Origin: an uncultured Acidobacteriota bacterium
GTDB taxonomy: Bacteria; Acidobacteriota; Vicinamibacteria; Vicinamibacterales; CAVVIG01
Length of the DNA stretch: 64,000 bases
Direction: 5' to 3'
NCBI GenBank assembly: GCA_963840225.1
Contig: CAWIYH010000002.1
Span: 135,934 to 199,933, forward strand
Part shown: piece after piece, positions 49,969 to 59,656 of the stretch
How the letters are laid out: every line of letters begins with the position of its first letter
Numbering within the stretch: position 1 is the stretch's first letter
Notes under the pieces: generated by a model
Databases searched by the model: none
The model's input: only the letters and a program-made list of their open reading frames with translations
Told to the model about the DNA's origin: nothing
Position numbers and translations under genes: made by a program

Positions 49969-52185
49969 ATGCTCGATCACTGGTGGAAGCCGAAGGGAAC
50001 GAACCTGTTCGTCGTGCTCTACGCGGTCGTCCTCGTCACGGGACTGCCATTCCCGCGCGCGCTTGCTCTCGTCCTCCCGTCGGTCCTGACCATCGCGGGC
50101 ATCGGCACCTTCGGGCACCTCGTCAACGACTGGTTCGACCGCGCCGCCGATGCGGCCGTCGGCAAGGCCAACCGGCTGGCCACGCGTCCATCATGGCAGC
50201 GACGGATGCTCTTGGCCGCCGCCGGGGCACTCGCGCTCCTCCCGTGGATCGCGCTGCCATCGGACGCGAGCTCGGCGGCGCTCCTGCTCCTCGAGCTGGC
50301 GCTTCTCATTGCGTACGCGGTCCCGCCCATCCGCCTGAAAGGACGCCGGATCGCGCCGATTTCCGCCGACGCGGCCTACGCGTACGTCGTCCCCGCGATC
50401 CTGGCCGCGCACACCTTCTTCCTGGCGGCCGCACAGCCGACCGAGCCCGTGTTCGTCGCCGCGCTGACGGTGTGGCAGGCCGGTCTCGGCGTGCGCCATT
50501 TCCTGAACCACCTCGCGCTGGATCGCCGGAACGACCTCGCGACGCGGACCTCGACGCTCGCAACCCGCAAGGGCAACGCGTTTCTACACCGCGTGATTCG
50601 GCGGGTCGTCCTGCCCGTCGAGCTCGCCGGCCTCGTCGGGCTGCTGCTGGCACTCGGCAGGGCGCACTGGCTCCTGCCGGCGACCGTCGGGCTGTTGTTT
50701 CTGGCTTCGTTCGTCATTCACCTGGGCGTCACCGTGGGCCGCCGGTTTCCGCTCACGGCCTACCGGTTCAGCAGGACGGCCCTCGATCGCTTCTATCAGG
50801 AGCTTCTGCCGGTCGTGTTCCTGTCGTTCCTGATCGCGATTGACGCCCGCTTCTCCGCGCTGCTCGCCGCGCATCTGCTGCTGTTCGAGACCAGAATCCC
50901 CTATGCGCTCGCGCGCGTCGCGCTGGCCGGCCCCGCCGTGCTCACGCTGCACGCGGCGCGCGCGTCGGGGGCCCGCCCGGCCGCGGCGCCGGTCGCGTTC
51001 GTGCGCTCGTCATGCGCTGCAGGCTCGACGGTCGCCCCCGTGGCAATCGCGATCGCGAACATCAACAAGCACAAGTACACCGAGACGTTCGTGCACGGCC
51101 CGATTCCGAAGCTTCACTACGCGGTCTACTTCCTGCACGGCGGGGAGCTCCCGCGGTTCGACGACGACGACCGCCACTTCCTGTCGAACTGGCCCTCCGT
51201 CCAGGCGCTCGCCCGGCTGCTGGAGTCGCTCTTCCGCCTGGAGCCGGACTACTTCCTGAAGAACAGCATCGCCAGCTACCTCCAGGCGAAGCGCGTCCGG
51301 CTCGTCCTGGCGCACTTCGGACCCGTCGGCGCCCGAATCGCGCCGATCGCACGTGACCTCGGGATTCCGCTGATCGTGTGGTTCCACGGGTACGACGTCT
51401 TCCATCGCGAGACCCTGCGCGAGTACGCGGCGGAGTACGGGGCGCTCTTCCTCGAGGCCGATCGCATCATCGCGGTCTCGGAGCTGATGATGGCGCGCCT
51501 GGGCGAGCTGGGTGCGCCGGAGGACAAGCTCGTGCACCTTCCGGCGTTCGTCGATCTCGACCGGTTCCAGCTTCAGGATCGCCGCGCCATCGGCCCGCGA
51601 TTCCTGGCGGTCGGGCGGTTCGCCGAATCGAAGGGGCCTCACCTCACGCTCCTCGCCTTCGAGCGCGTCGTGCGCGTGGTACCCGAGGCGCGGCTGACGA
51701 TGGTGGGGAAGGGCGGAGGCGGAGAGCTGTTCGAGGCGTGCGTGATCCTCACCCGCGCGCTCGGACTGGAAGGGCAGGTCGAATTCAAAGGCGTCCTGGG
51801 GCACGACGAGGTGGCCGAAGAGATGCGCCGGGCGAGGGTGTTCGTCCAGCACTCCGTGACGACGCCCGAACACGGCGACATGGAGGGCAAGCCGGTCGCC
51901 GTGATGGAGGCGATGGCGGCCGGCCTGCCCGTCGTCTCCACCAGGCACTCCGGCATCGCCGAGCTCATCGAGGACGGCGTGACCGGGCTCCTGGTCGAAG
52001 AGCTCGACGTCGAAGCGATGGCGGAGGCGATGATCCGCCTGGCGACAGATGACGAGGCCGTGGCGCGGATCGGCCGGAGCGCGAGCGCGCGGATTCACGA
52101 CGACCCGTTGATCGGCCGTCACATCGCGGTACTGGAAGACATCATCAGCACGAGCCTGGCGCGCAGCGGAGGCGGGCCTCCGTAG
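49969..52185 (+). CDS. fusion protein: UbiA-superfamily prenyl/phosphoribosyl-transferase-like membrane domain + GT4 glycosyltransferase
   Basis: N-half: multiple TM helices with HLVNDWFDRAADAAVGKANRL (NDxxDxxxD). C-half: RFAESKGPHL, MEGKPVAVMEAMAAGLPVVSTRHSGIAELIEDGVTGLLV (GT4 EX7E). Confidence 0.8.
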   Translation: MLDHWWKPKGTNLFVVLYAVVLVTGLPFPRALALVLPSVLTIAGIGTFGHLVNDWFDRAADAAVGKANRLATRPSWQRRMLLAAAGALALLPWIALPSDASSAALLLLELALLIAYAVPPIRLKGRRIAPISADAAYAYVVPAILAAHTFFLAAAQPTEPVFVAALTVWQAGLGVRHFLNHLALDRRNDLATRTSTLATRKGNAFLHRVIRRVVLPVELAGLVGLLLALGRAHWLLPATVGLLFLASFVIHLGVTVGRRFPLTAYRFSRTALDRFYQELLPVVFLSFLIAIDARFSALLAAHLLLFETRIPYALARVALAGPAVLTLHAARASGARPAAAPVAFVRSSCAAGSTVAPVAIAIANINKHKYTETFVHGPIPKLHYAVYFLHGGELPRFDDDDRHFLSNWPSVQALARLLESLFRLEPDYFLKNSIASYLQAKRVRLVLAHFGPVGARIAPIARDLGIPLIVWFHGYDVFHRETLREYAAEYGALFLEADRIIAVSELMMARLGELGAPEDKLVHLPAFVDLDRFQLQDRRAIGPRFLAVGRFAESKGPHLTLLAFERVVRVVPEARLTMVGKGGGGELFEACVILTRALGLEGQVEFKGVLGHDEVAEEMRRARVFVQHSVTTPEHGDMEGKPVAVMEAMAAGLPVVSTRHSGIAELIEDGVTGLLVEELDVEAMAEAMIRLATDDEAVARIGRSASARIHDDPLIGRHIAVLEDIISTSLARSGGGPP

Positions 52186-53113
52186 GTCGAGCCGCGTCGA
52201 TCCGGCGCTGGAGGGCGTCGTGATCGGGCGAGCCGACCAGGTCGGCCGCGCGGAGCGCGTAGGCGTAGACGAAGGGCTCCATGAAGCCGTGCCGGCGCAG
52301 CGCGGCGATGAACCCGTTCTCGAAGCCGCCGCCGTCGCAGGGGGCCTGCATCAGCGTGGCATAGTCGCGCGCGACCGGGAGCGCGGCCTCGAGCGTTCCG
52401 TCCGGCCGGGTCAGGGCGCCGGCCATGGCGGCGCGGCACGGCGCGCTCAGGTGGGGATAGTAGAGCGACGTGTCGGGCACGAGCAGGAGCGTCGTCACCG
52501 AGCCCGGATCCATGACGACGTGCCGGTAGTCCTTCCGTTCTAATGCCGAGAGGAGATCGAAGAAATCGAGCGGCTTCCCCCGCTCGTCGCGATAGGTCAG
52601 ATCCAGATAGGCGTCCTGGACGATCAGGCGGCGGCCGTCGGGCGTGTCGACGTCGACCAGCGCGACGCTGTGGATGAAGCGCCGATCCGGAGCCGCGGTG
52701 AACCCGAAGGAATACTGATACGCCTTGTACCCCACGGCGTGCAGCAGCTTGACGTAGAAGAAGCTGGTGATGCCGCAGTCGGCCGGCAGGCGGTCGTCCT
52801 CGAACAGCGGATAGAACTCGGCCGGATCGAACGAGTCGAAGTTCAACGCTCGGTAGCGCCGCTGGGTGCCCGCGTCGAGGCGGCCGAGATCCACGAGGCG
52901 GCCGACGTATTCCCGCAGGAACGTCGTCCGCTCGATGTCCGACGGCATCGTCCTCAGGGCGGCGGCGAGCCGCCCGACTTCGGCGTCCCACCGGCGTCGG
53001 TCCGCACTGCGAGCCTCCGCCCCGGCCTGCGCGCGCGGCGCAGGCCTTCCGCACTGGAGGCAGGACAGCGCGACGAGCAGCAGCGCGGGGCGGGCGAGCC
53101 TGGTTGGCATCAT
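52145..53113 (-). CDS. secreted hypothetical protein, possibly transglutaminase-like/papain-fold
   Basis: Signal peptide MMPTRLARPALLLVALSCLQC. Candidate Cys-His-Asp arrangement: DCGITSFFYVKLLHAVG ... FIHSVALVDV ... VQDAYLD. Confidence 0.55.
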   Translation of the reverse strand: MMPTRLARPALLLVALSCLQCGRPAPRAQAGAEARSADRRRWDAEVGRLAAALRTMPSDIERTTFLREYVGRLVDLGRLDAGTQRRYRALNFDSFDPAEFYPLFEDDRLPADCGITSFFYVKLLHAVGYKAYQYSFGFTAAPDRRFIHSVALVDVDTPDGRRLIVQDAYLDLTYRDERGKPLDFFDLLSALERKDYRHVVMDPGSVTTLLLVPDTSLYYPHLSAPCRAAMAGALTRPDGTLEAALPVARDYATLMQAPCDGGGFENGFIAALRRHGFMEPFVYAYALRAADLVGSPDHDALQRRIDAARPTEARLRCAPGSC

Positions 53114-53160
53114 GAGCTTACTTGCGTCGTGCGGGCGCGTCCTGTAGATTACGCGCGCCG

Positions 53161-54003
53161 ATGAGAGCGGTCGTACGCACCTGCGATCCCGTGCTCGCCC
53201 GGCCGCGTGAGTTTGTCCGGAACCTGTGGGACGACTTCCGCCGATCGCGTCCCCTCGCCGCCGAGATGGCCAGGCGCGACATCCGCAGCCAGTATCGCGC
53301 GTCGATGCTCGGCGCGGCGATTGTGGTGCTGACGCCGCTGGCGATGACCGCCGTCGCCGTCGGGTTCCGCCGCACCGGCATCCTCGCCGTCGACTCGGCC
53401 GCGGTTCCGTACGGCCTGTTCGTCCTCGTCGGCGTCGTGCTCTGGACGACCTTCCTGGACGCGATGAACGCGCCCATCTTCGGCCTGCTCGCGGAAGCGC
53501 GGCTCCTGGCGCGGACCAGCGCCGCGCCCGAAGCGATTGTCCTCGGCAAGCTCGGCCCGGTGTTCTTCAACGCGCTGGTCCGGACCGCGCTCGTGGCCGC
53601 CGCGCTCGTGTGGTACGGAGCGACCCTGCCCGCCACCGTCGTCCTGGCGCCGGTGGGCGCGCTGGCCCTGATCGCGCTCGGGACGGCCATCGGCCTCGCC
53701 CTCGCGCCCGTGAACCTCGTGTACCGGGATACGTCGAAGATTCTCGCCACCTTCACGACCGTCTGGTTCTTCTTCTCGCCGGTGTACTTTCCCGCGCCCG
53801 CCGAAGGGCCTCTCGGCGCCCTGATGAGGCTCAATCCCGTGACGCCGCTGCTGTCCGACACGCGGGCGCTGATTCTGACCGGAATCGTCGCCGAGCCGGG
53901 CCCGAGCCTCGTGGTGGCGCTGGCGACGGCGGTCGCCCTGGCGGTCTGCTGGATCTACGTGCGCATCGCCCTTCGTGTCGCCGTCGAGCAGGTCAACGAG
54001 TAA
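53161..54003 (+). CDS. ABC-2 type polysaccharide export permease (Wzm-like)
   Basis: LAAEMARRDIRSQYRASMLGAAIVVLTPL followed by six TM helices. Confidence 0.85.
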   Translation: MRAVVRTCDPVLARPREFVRNLWDDFRRSRPLAAEMARRDIRSQYRASMLGAAIVVLTPLAMTAVAVGFRRTGILAVDSAAVPYGLFVLVGVVLWTTFLDAMNAPIFGLLAEARLLARTSAAPEAIVLGKLGPVFFNALVRTALVAAALVWYGATLPATVVLAPVGALALIALGTAIGLALAPVNLVYRDTSKILATFTTVWFFFSPVYFPAPAEGPLGALMRLNPVTPLLSDTRALILTGIVAEPGPSLVVALATAVALAVCWIYVRIALRVAVEQVNE

Positions 54004-54010
54004 CCGACGT

Positions 54011-55345
54011 GTGAATCCCGATCTGGTCGTCTCCGTGCGCGGAGCGTCGCGCAAGTTCTGCCGCGATCTGAACCGGTCGCTGCGGTATGCGGTCGCCGAC
54101 GCGATCGACGATCTGCTCGTGCGCCGCCGGAGCAGGGCGGCGCTCAGGCCCGACGAGTTCTGGGCGCTTCGCAACGTGTCATTCGAGCTCCGACGCGGCG
54201 AGAGCCTCGGCGTGATGGGGTTGAACGGCGCGGGCAAGTCGACCCTTCTCAAGCTGGTGCTCGGGTCGCTCCGGCTGACGGAAGGCGAAGCCGTCACCTG
54301 CGGCCGCGTTGCCGTGCTCAGCGAGCACGGCCTGGGCTTCGACCCGCTCCTCTCGGGCCGCGAGAACGCGTACATGACCGCGGCCGTGCTCGGCATCGAC
54401 CGCCGGCGTGTGGACGAGGCGTTCGACGACATCGTCGCGTTCGCGGGACTCGATGAGTTCATCGACTCGCCGGTCCGCGTCTACAGCACCGGCATGCGCG
54501 CGCGGCTCGGCTTTTCCGTCGCCATGCACCTCGAGCCGGATCTCCTGCTCGTGGACGAGGTGCTGGCCGTGGGCGACATCGGATTCCAGCGGCGGTGCAT
54601 CGAGCACGCGCAGCGGTTCCTTCGGGACGGGGGGTCGCTGGTGCTCGTCTCCCACGACCCGCATCTCGTGCAGTTCATCTGCGGGCGGTGCCTCGTGCTG
54701 GACCGCGGCAGAGTGGCGTTCGACGGCGACGTCGTCGGAGGCGTGGCGCGCTACCTGGAAGCCGCGCGGGCGGCGCCGTCCGGCGCCCTCCTGCTCAACG
54801 GATCGCTCGCGCCGCCCGCGGCCGTTCCGGTCGTGCCCGACAGCGGCGTGGCGGTAGACGATTTCGGCGTCGAGCCGGTGACCGGCAGCGAGGTGCGAAG
54901 CGAGGGGCCGGCTCGCGTGTTCGTGCGCTATCGCTCGCGCACGGACCTGCACGTGCGCTGGGGCTTCTCCCTGCTCACCGCCGATCTCGGCACGACGATC
55001 GCCAGCGACGGTCCGGTGCAGCCGTTCTCGATTCCGGCCGGCGCGGGCGAGCTGGCCGCTCTGGTACCGCGGCTGCCGCTCGCCGGCGGACGCTACGCGC
55101 TTCGCGTCGCGATCATGGATCCTCACACCGAGCTGCCTTTCGCGCTCGGCGGCTTCCACGAGCCGCCGCGCTACTTCACGGTCGCGATGCCGCCGAGCCG
55201 CCGCAACAACTACCGGATGTTCACCAACGATCTGGTGGCGCTCGAAGCGGTCGACTGGCAGTGCCGGCCGCTTCACCACCCGGCCAGCGCGACGAGGTCT
55301 TCCGGCCCGAGCGGGTCGACCGGACGGTCGACCGACGTGAGATAA
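54011..55345 (+). CDS. polysaccharide ABC exporter ATPase (Wzt-like) with C-terminal extension
   Basis: Walker A GLNGAGKST, signature YSTGMRARL, Walker B LLLVDEVLAVGD. The ~190-aa beta-rich C-terminal domain is as in glycan-end-binding Wzt proteins. Confidence 0.88.
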   Translation: MNPDLVVSVRGASRKFCRDLNRSLRYAVADAIDDLLVRRRSRAALRPDEFWALRNVSFELRRGESLGVMGLNGAGKSTLLKLVLGSLRLTEGEAVTCGRVAVLSEHGLGFDPLLSGRENAYMTAAVLGIDRRRVDEAFDDIVAFAGLDEFIDSPVRVYSTGMRARLGFSVAMHLEPDLLLVDEVLAVGDIGFQRRCIEHAQRFLRDGGSLVLVSHDPHLVQFICGRCLVLDRGRVAFDGDVVGGVARYLEAARAAPSGALLLNGSLAPPAAVPVVPDSGVAVDDFGVEPVTGSEVRSEGPARVFVRYRSRTDLHVRWGFSLLTADLGTTIASDGPVQPFSIPAGAGELAALVPRLPLAGGRYALRVAIMDPHTELPFALGGFHEPPRYFTVAMPPSRRNNYRMFTNDLVALEAVDWQCRPLHHPASATRSSGPSGSTGRSTDVR

Positions 55346-56106
55346 GTCACGCCCGCAGGATACGGCTTCCGGATGGGCGCGCCGCGCTCCATCTGGACCA
55401 GAAACTCCCTGGTCACCTCCAGGACGTCGAACCTCGTCGGCCGCGCGCCGTTCCACACGTAGACGAGCGGCCGGACGCCTGTGGGCAGCAGGATCGCGAC
55501 AAGCGCCGGGCGTTGGACGGTCGACCGGTTCTCTCCCGAGCCGTGAAAGAGGCGGGACTCGTACGCGAGCAGCGACCCGGCCGCCATCGGAACCGCCGTC
55601 GTGAAGTCCTTCCTCAGCACGTCCATCACGCGGCCGAACACCGGCGGGTACTCGTTCACCGCGTAGGGACTGTCGACCAGGGTGTAGCTGCCCTTCACCA
55701 CCTGGAGGCATCCGTTGGTCTCGTCCACATCGATCAACGGACACCAGAGATGGACGGCGGTGTGTCGGGCGGCGTCGGCGAAGGAATAGTCGCGGTGGAG
55801 GGGAAGGGCGCCCTGCGTGGTGTTGGGCCGCTTGGTCACGAACACGGCGAAGCACAACTCGTGGCGCGGGAAGAGGGCCGACAGGGGCGCGCTCAGGATC
55901 GAGGCGATGCCGTCGGAGACGCGGCGCCGATGGTCGGCGTCGCGGCTGAAGACCGTCGCATAGAAATCGGCCGGCGGACTGCCGGCCAGCGTCGCGTGCA
56001 GCTCGACGAGCCGGCCGACCTCCTGCTCGCCCAGAAAGGGCAGGACGACGTAGCCGTCCCGGCGGAACGTGTCCTGGGTGGTGCGGTCGTCAAACACCTG
56101 GTGCAT
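55273..56106 (-). CDS. PhyH-type Fe(II)/2-oxoglutarate dioxygenase (single domain)
   Basis: FRRDGYVVLPF, LPLHRDYSFAD, WCPLIDVDETNGCLQVVKGS, LFHGSGEN. Confidence 0.85.
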   Translation of the reverse strand: MHQVFDDRTTQDTFRRDGYVVLPFLGEQEVGRLVELHATLAGSPPADFYATVFSRDADHRRRVSDGIASILSAPLSALFPRHELCFAVFVTKRPNTTQGALPLHRDYSFADAARHTAVHLWCPLIDVDETNGCLQVVKGSYTLVDSPYAVNEYPPVFGRVMDVLRKDFTTAVPMAAGSLLAYESRLFHGSGENRSTVQRPALVAILLPTGVRPLVYVWNGARPTRFDVLEVTREFLVQMERGAPIRKPYPAGVTYLTSVDRPVDPLGPEDLVALAGW

Positions 56107-56113
56107 GCGAGGG

Positions 56114-58171
56114 TCAGGCTCGCACGGAGGCGGCGGCCAGGTCGCCGACGTGCACCTGCAGCTGCTGGAAGTTGTTCTTCGCGATCGAGTTGCGCTGCAG
56201 GACGGTCTGCCGGATCCACTGCACCCGGCGATCCTGCCGATCGCCCGAGTCCCAGTCGAGCGCGTGGACGAAGTAGGACCGCTCGCCGCAGGTCTGATCC
56301 GTGACCCTGACGACCGCGTCTGCGGCGGCCGGCTCGTCGAGCGCCTCGCCTCCCGTTCGGCCCCACGCCCGCTCGAAGTACGTCACCCAGTCGCGGTCCG
56401 TGCGGAAGACCTTGCCCGTCCGCCGGTCGTAGGTCGGCAGGATCACGACCTCCTTCTGGTAGGCGATGAGGCTCTCGAGGTGCGTCGCGCGCGGATACCG
56501 ATCGAGGAGGTAGTCCCTCAGCTCGTCGAAGAAATGGTCGATGTCCAGGCAGGCCTGGACCACCAGCCAGCGGGCCGGGTCGAGCAGCAACGTCAGACGG
56601 GGCAGCTGGTCGACTTCCATGTGATCGGTGGCGTCCTGGTTCAGCAGGAAGTCGCGATAGTGATTGACGAGCGCCCGGTACCAGCGCTGCGCCGGCAGAC
56701 GTGTGGCGAAGAAATCGTCGGCGAGGCGGTCGTAGAACGCCGCGTAGGGCAGGCCGTGCGTCAGACGCAGGTAGATCGCAATCAGCCGGGTGAGGCTGGC
56801 GTTGTGCAGGGCCTTGACCATGGTGGCGTAGGTCGCCATCGCCACCCAGTCGGCGCGCGTGTAGGTCTTCGACTGGACGATCAGGCGGCTCTTCGTGTGG
56901 CGGAGCCGGTCCACCCGGCCCTTCTCGATCGGCTGCCGCGGATCCGAGAACGTCGTCCGCTCGATGGTCCCGACCTCCCAGCCCTCGATGAACGCCCGAT
57001 CGCCGGCCGGCGCGTTCGGGAGCAGGTGGTAGAAGAAGGTGTAATACTCCTCGTGGATTCCCCATTCCATCAGGTCGGTCAGGCAGGCTCTCCAGCCCTC
57101 GAGCGTGTCGCCCGGAATGCCGAGAATCAGCTGGACGTCAATCGGGATGCGGCTGTGCATCAGGGCCTTGGCCGCGGCGATCTGCTGCGGCGCGGAGATG
57201 TTCGCGCGATCGGTCGCGGCCAGGACGGCATCGTTCGTGTGCTGGATCGACAGGCTGTGGGTCGGGCACACGCCGGTCTCGGCAAACTTGCGCGCGATCG
57301 CCACGGCTCGCTCGGGATGGTTCTTCGACGCGGTGTAAGTGAGGTACTTCGGGTATCCGTATTTCTCCCGCATCCGGTTCACGCAGTCGGCGATGTCGAG
57401 GTCCCTCGGGAGGATGCCGAAGTTGGCGTCGGCCGAAAAGAGCATCACGATGCGGTGGCGGGCGAGCCATTCGAGATCGGCTTCCACGCGCTCCATGTCG
57501 AAGCGCCTGACTTTCGACATCGTGCTGGATCCCCAGTCGCAGAAGCTGCAGCTGAACGGGCACCCGCGGTTCGTCTCCCACGTGGCGTGGAACACGTCGC
57601 CCCGCGCGAGCAGCCGCTCGTAGTAGGCCGACTGTTCCGCGTAGGGGCTGTGATCGAAGACCGCCGGCACCTCGGCGGGGCCGGTCGCGACGACGCCAAG
57701 GCCGCCGGGCCCGGGCAGGTGCAGGCCGCCGATCCCCCTGAAGTCGCGCTCGGCGGCCGCCAGCTCCGACAGGACCCGCGAGAAGGTGACCTCGCCGTCC
57801 TTGACCGCGATCAGGTCGATGTAGGGATGGCGGCGGAAGAACTGCGGGTCCTTGTAGTCCGGGTGCGGGCCGCCGGCGACGACCAGGCAGGCCGGGTTCC
57901 GCGCCTTCACGTCCCTGGCGATCGCGCACTGAATCTGCCAGTTCCACGTGTAGCAGCTGAGACCGAGCACGTCGATCGGGACGTCCCGATACGGGCGCAG
58001 CAGCGCCGCGGGCGAGTCGTTCCGGAAGATCGGATCGAGCCACTCGTACGCGTCGCGTTCCCCGTGGCGCTCCCAGTAGGATTTCAGGATGGCCCACACG
58101 TAGGGCAGGAACGGCGCCGGCGTGTCCATCGCGTTCGGTTCGCTGATGAGAACGGTCTTCCGCGGCGCCAT
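56114..58171 (-). CDS. B12-binding-domain radical SAM enzyme with a long C-terminal extension
   Basis: B12 domain LGLSCYTWNWQIQCAIARDVKARNPACLVVAGGPHP. Radical SAM motif NRGCPFSCSFCDWG. ~300 further residues of unknown fold. Alternative GTG start at 58189. Confidence 0.88.
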   Translation of the reverse strand: MAPRKTVLISEPNAMDTPAPFLPYVWAILKSYWERHGERDAYEWLDPIFRNDSPAALLRPYRDVPIDVLGLSCYTWNWQIQCAIARDVKARNPACLVVAGGPHPDYKDPQFFRRHPYIDLIAVKDGEVTFSRVLSELAAAERDFRGIGGLHLPGPGGLGVVATGPAEVPAVFDHSPYAEQSAYYERLLARGDVFHATWETNRGCPFSCSFCDWGSSTMSKVRRFDMERVEADLEWLARHRIVMLFSADANFGILPRDLDIADCVNRMREKYGYPKYLTYTASKNHPERAVAIARKFAETGVCPTHSLSIQHTNDAVLAATDRANISAPQQIAAAKALMHSRIPIDVQLILGIPGDTLEGWRACLTDLMEWGIHEEYYTFFYHLLPNAPAGDRAFIEGWEVGTIERTTFSDPRQPIEKGRVDRLRHTKSRLIVQSKTYTRADWVAMATYATMVKALHNASLTRLIAIYLRLTHGLPYAAFYDRLADDFFATRLPAQRWYRALVNHYRDFLLNQDATDHMEVDQLPRLTLLLDPARWLVVQACLDIDHFFDELRDYLLDRYPRATHLESLIAYQKEVVILPTYDRRTGKVFRTDRDWVTYFERAWGRTGGEALDEPAAADAVVRVTDQTCGERSYFVHALDWDSGDRQDRRVQWIRQTVLQRNSIAKNNFQQLQVHVGDLAAASVRA

Positions 58172-58334
58172 GTCAATCCCCTCGAACACGAGACGACGAT
58201 CTCGATGCGGCGATGGGCGGGACGGGGTCGGCGCAGTCTACCACCGCCCAGTCGATCCCGCATGTCGTCCTTGACAAGACCGCCCAACGGTGCCAAAAGA
58301 TCATCCCCACGCCGGAACGCTCAGGTGTCGCCAC

Positions 58335-58586
58335 ATGAACCGAGACCTCCTCGACATCGGGACGTTTCTGCGGAACTTCGAGGGCGAGTTCGACGGCGGC
58401 ATCCCCGGCGGACCGCAGCCCCTGACGCGGTTGCGGGACCTGCCGGACTGGACGTCGCTCCAGGCGCTGATCGTGGTTGCGGGCTTCGAGCGCGACTACG
58501 GCGTCACGATCACGGCTGATGAGCTTGGCCGCGCCGACACGCTCCAGGACCTGTTCGACGCCGTGCTCCGGCGAGTCGGCCCCTGA
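58335..58586 (+). CDS. acyl carrier protein-like protein
   Basis: Four-helix ACP pattern with LPDWTSLQALIVVAGFERDYGVTITADEL. The stop overlaps the KASIII ATG (TGATG). Confidence 0.65.
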   Translation: MNRDLLDIGTFLRNFEGEFDGGIPGGPQPLTRLRDLPDWTSLQALIVVAGFERDYGVTITADELGRADTLQDLFDAVLRRVGP

Positions 58587-59656
58587 TGCCCGCCTTCTCG
58601 GTCCCGCATCTGCGTCTCTCGGCGGTGTGCGCCGCCCTGCCGACACAGGAGGTCTCAAACGCCGCCGATCCCGCCGGTCGATCCCCGAGCCGTGACTTCG
58701 TCCGCACCGTCGGCATCAACACCCGGCGGGTCGCCCCGCCGGAGGTCTGCGCCTCGGATCTGTGCGTGAGGGCGGCCCGCGAGATCCTCGACCGATCGGG
58801 CGTCGATCCGGGAGCGATCGGCGCGCTGGTCTTCGTGACGCAGACCCCCGATTTTCCCCTGCCCGGCAACAGCGTGCTGGCCCAGCGGCGGCTCGATCTG
58901 CGGCCGTCCACGTATCTGCTCGATCTCAACCAGGGCTGCGCCGGCTACGTGTACGGCCTCTCGTCGCTCGCCGCGCTGATGGCGGCGACCGGCATCGACA
59001 AGGGCCTGCTGCTGGTTGGCGACACGATCACGCGGCTGCTGTCGTCGAACGACAGCAGCACCGTGCCCCTCTTCTCGGATGCCGGCTCGGCAACCCTCGT
59101 CGAGCGGTCGCCGGGCGCTCCGGCGATGTACTTCAACCTCGGAAGCGACGGTGCGGGCGCCGACGTGATCCAGGTGCGGGGCGGCGGCGCGCGGCAGCCG
59201 TTCGGCCCGGGGAGTCTCGTCCCCGACGAGGCCGGCGGCGGGCGGGTGCGCGCGCCGATCCACCTGTCGATGCGCGGCATCGACGTGCTGCACTACGTGC
59301 TCAAATATGTCGAGCCGAGCATCAGGGAGCTGCTCTCGGCGGCGCATGCGGACGTGCACACGCCCGACTACTACGTCTTTCACCAGGCCAACCGGATCCT
59401 GAACGCCTCGCTTCGACGGCAGCTCGGGATTCCCGAGGACAAGGCGCCCGAGACGCTGTTCGACTACGGCAACACGAGCTGCGCGAGCATCCCGGTCACG
59501 ATCTGCCGCCGGCTCGGCGAGACGCTGGCGAGCGGCCGGAAGACGCTGCTCCTGTCGGGTTTCGGCGCCGGCTTCTCCTGGGGCAGCGCCCTCTTCAGCG
59601 GCGACTCCATCTTGTGCCCCGAGCTCGTCGAGGTCGACGGGGTCCGTGACGCCTGA
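58586..59656 (+). CDS. FabH-like 3-oxoacyl-ACP synthase III
   Basis: Cys-His-Asn triad contexts NQGCAGYVYG, FHQANRIL, YGNTSCASIP. Confidence 0.9.
   Translation: MPAFSVPHLRLSAVCAALPTQEVSNAADPAGRSPSRDFVRTVGINTRRVAPPEVCASDLCVRAAREILDRSGVDPGAIGALVFVTQTPDFPLPGNSVLAQRRLDLRPSTYLLDLNQGCAGYVYGLSSLAALMAATGIDKGLLLVGDTITRLLSSNDSSTVPLFSDAGSATLVERSPGAPAMYFNLGSDGAGADVIQVRGGGARQPFGPGSLVPDEAGGGRVRAPIHLSMRGIDVLHYVLKYVEPSIRELLSAAHADVHTPDYYVFHQANRILNASLRRQLGIPEDKAPETLFDYGNTSCASIPVTICRRLGETLASGRKTLLLSGFGAGFSWGSALFSGDSILCPELVEVDGVRDA

Noticed and set aside
46043-58189. A proteusin-like RiPP pathway (B12-radical SAM + PhyH hydroxylases + SAM-MT, with the NHLP-like peptide at 12174 as precursor).
   Set aside because: The NHLP-like gene is more than 30 kb away behind unrelated operons. 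No precursor-like small ORF lies next to the tailoring genes. The surrounding genes (DegT, GT2, GT4, Wzm/Wzt, polyprenyl synthase) point to a glycan, not a peptide.
58271-58276. A TTGACA box upstream of the ACP operon as a promoter.
   Set aside because: No acceptable -10 hexamer lies at 16-18 nt spacing (only CAAAAG/AAAAGA), so it is not reported as a feature.
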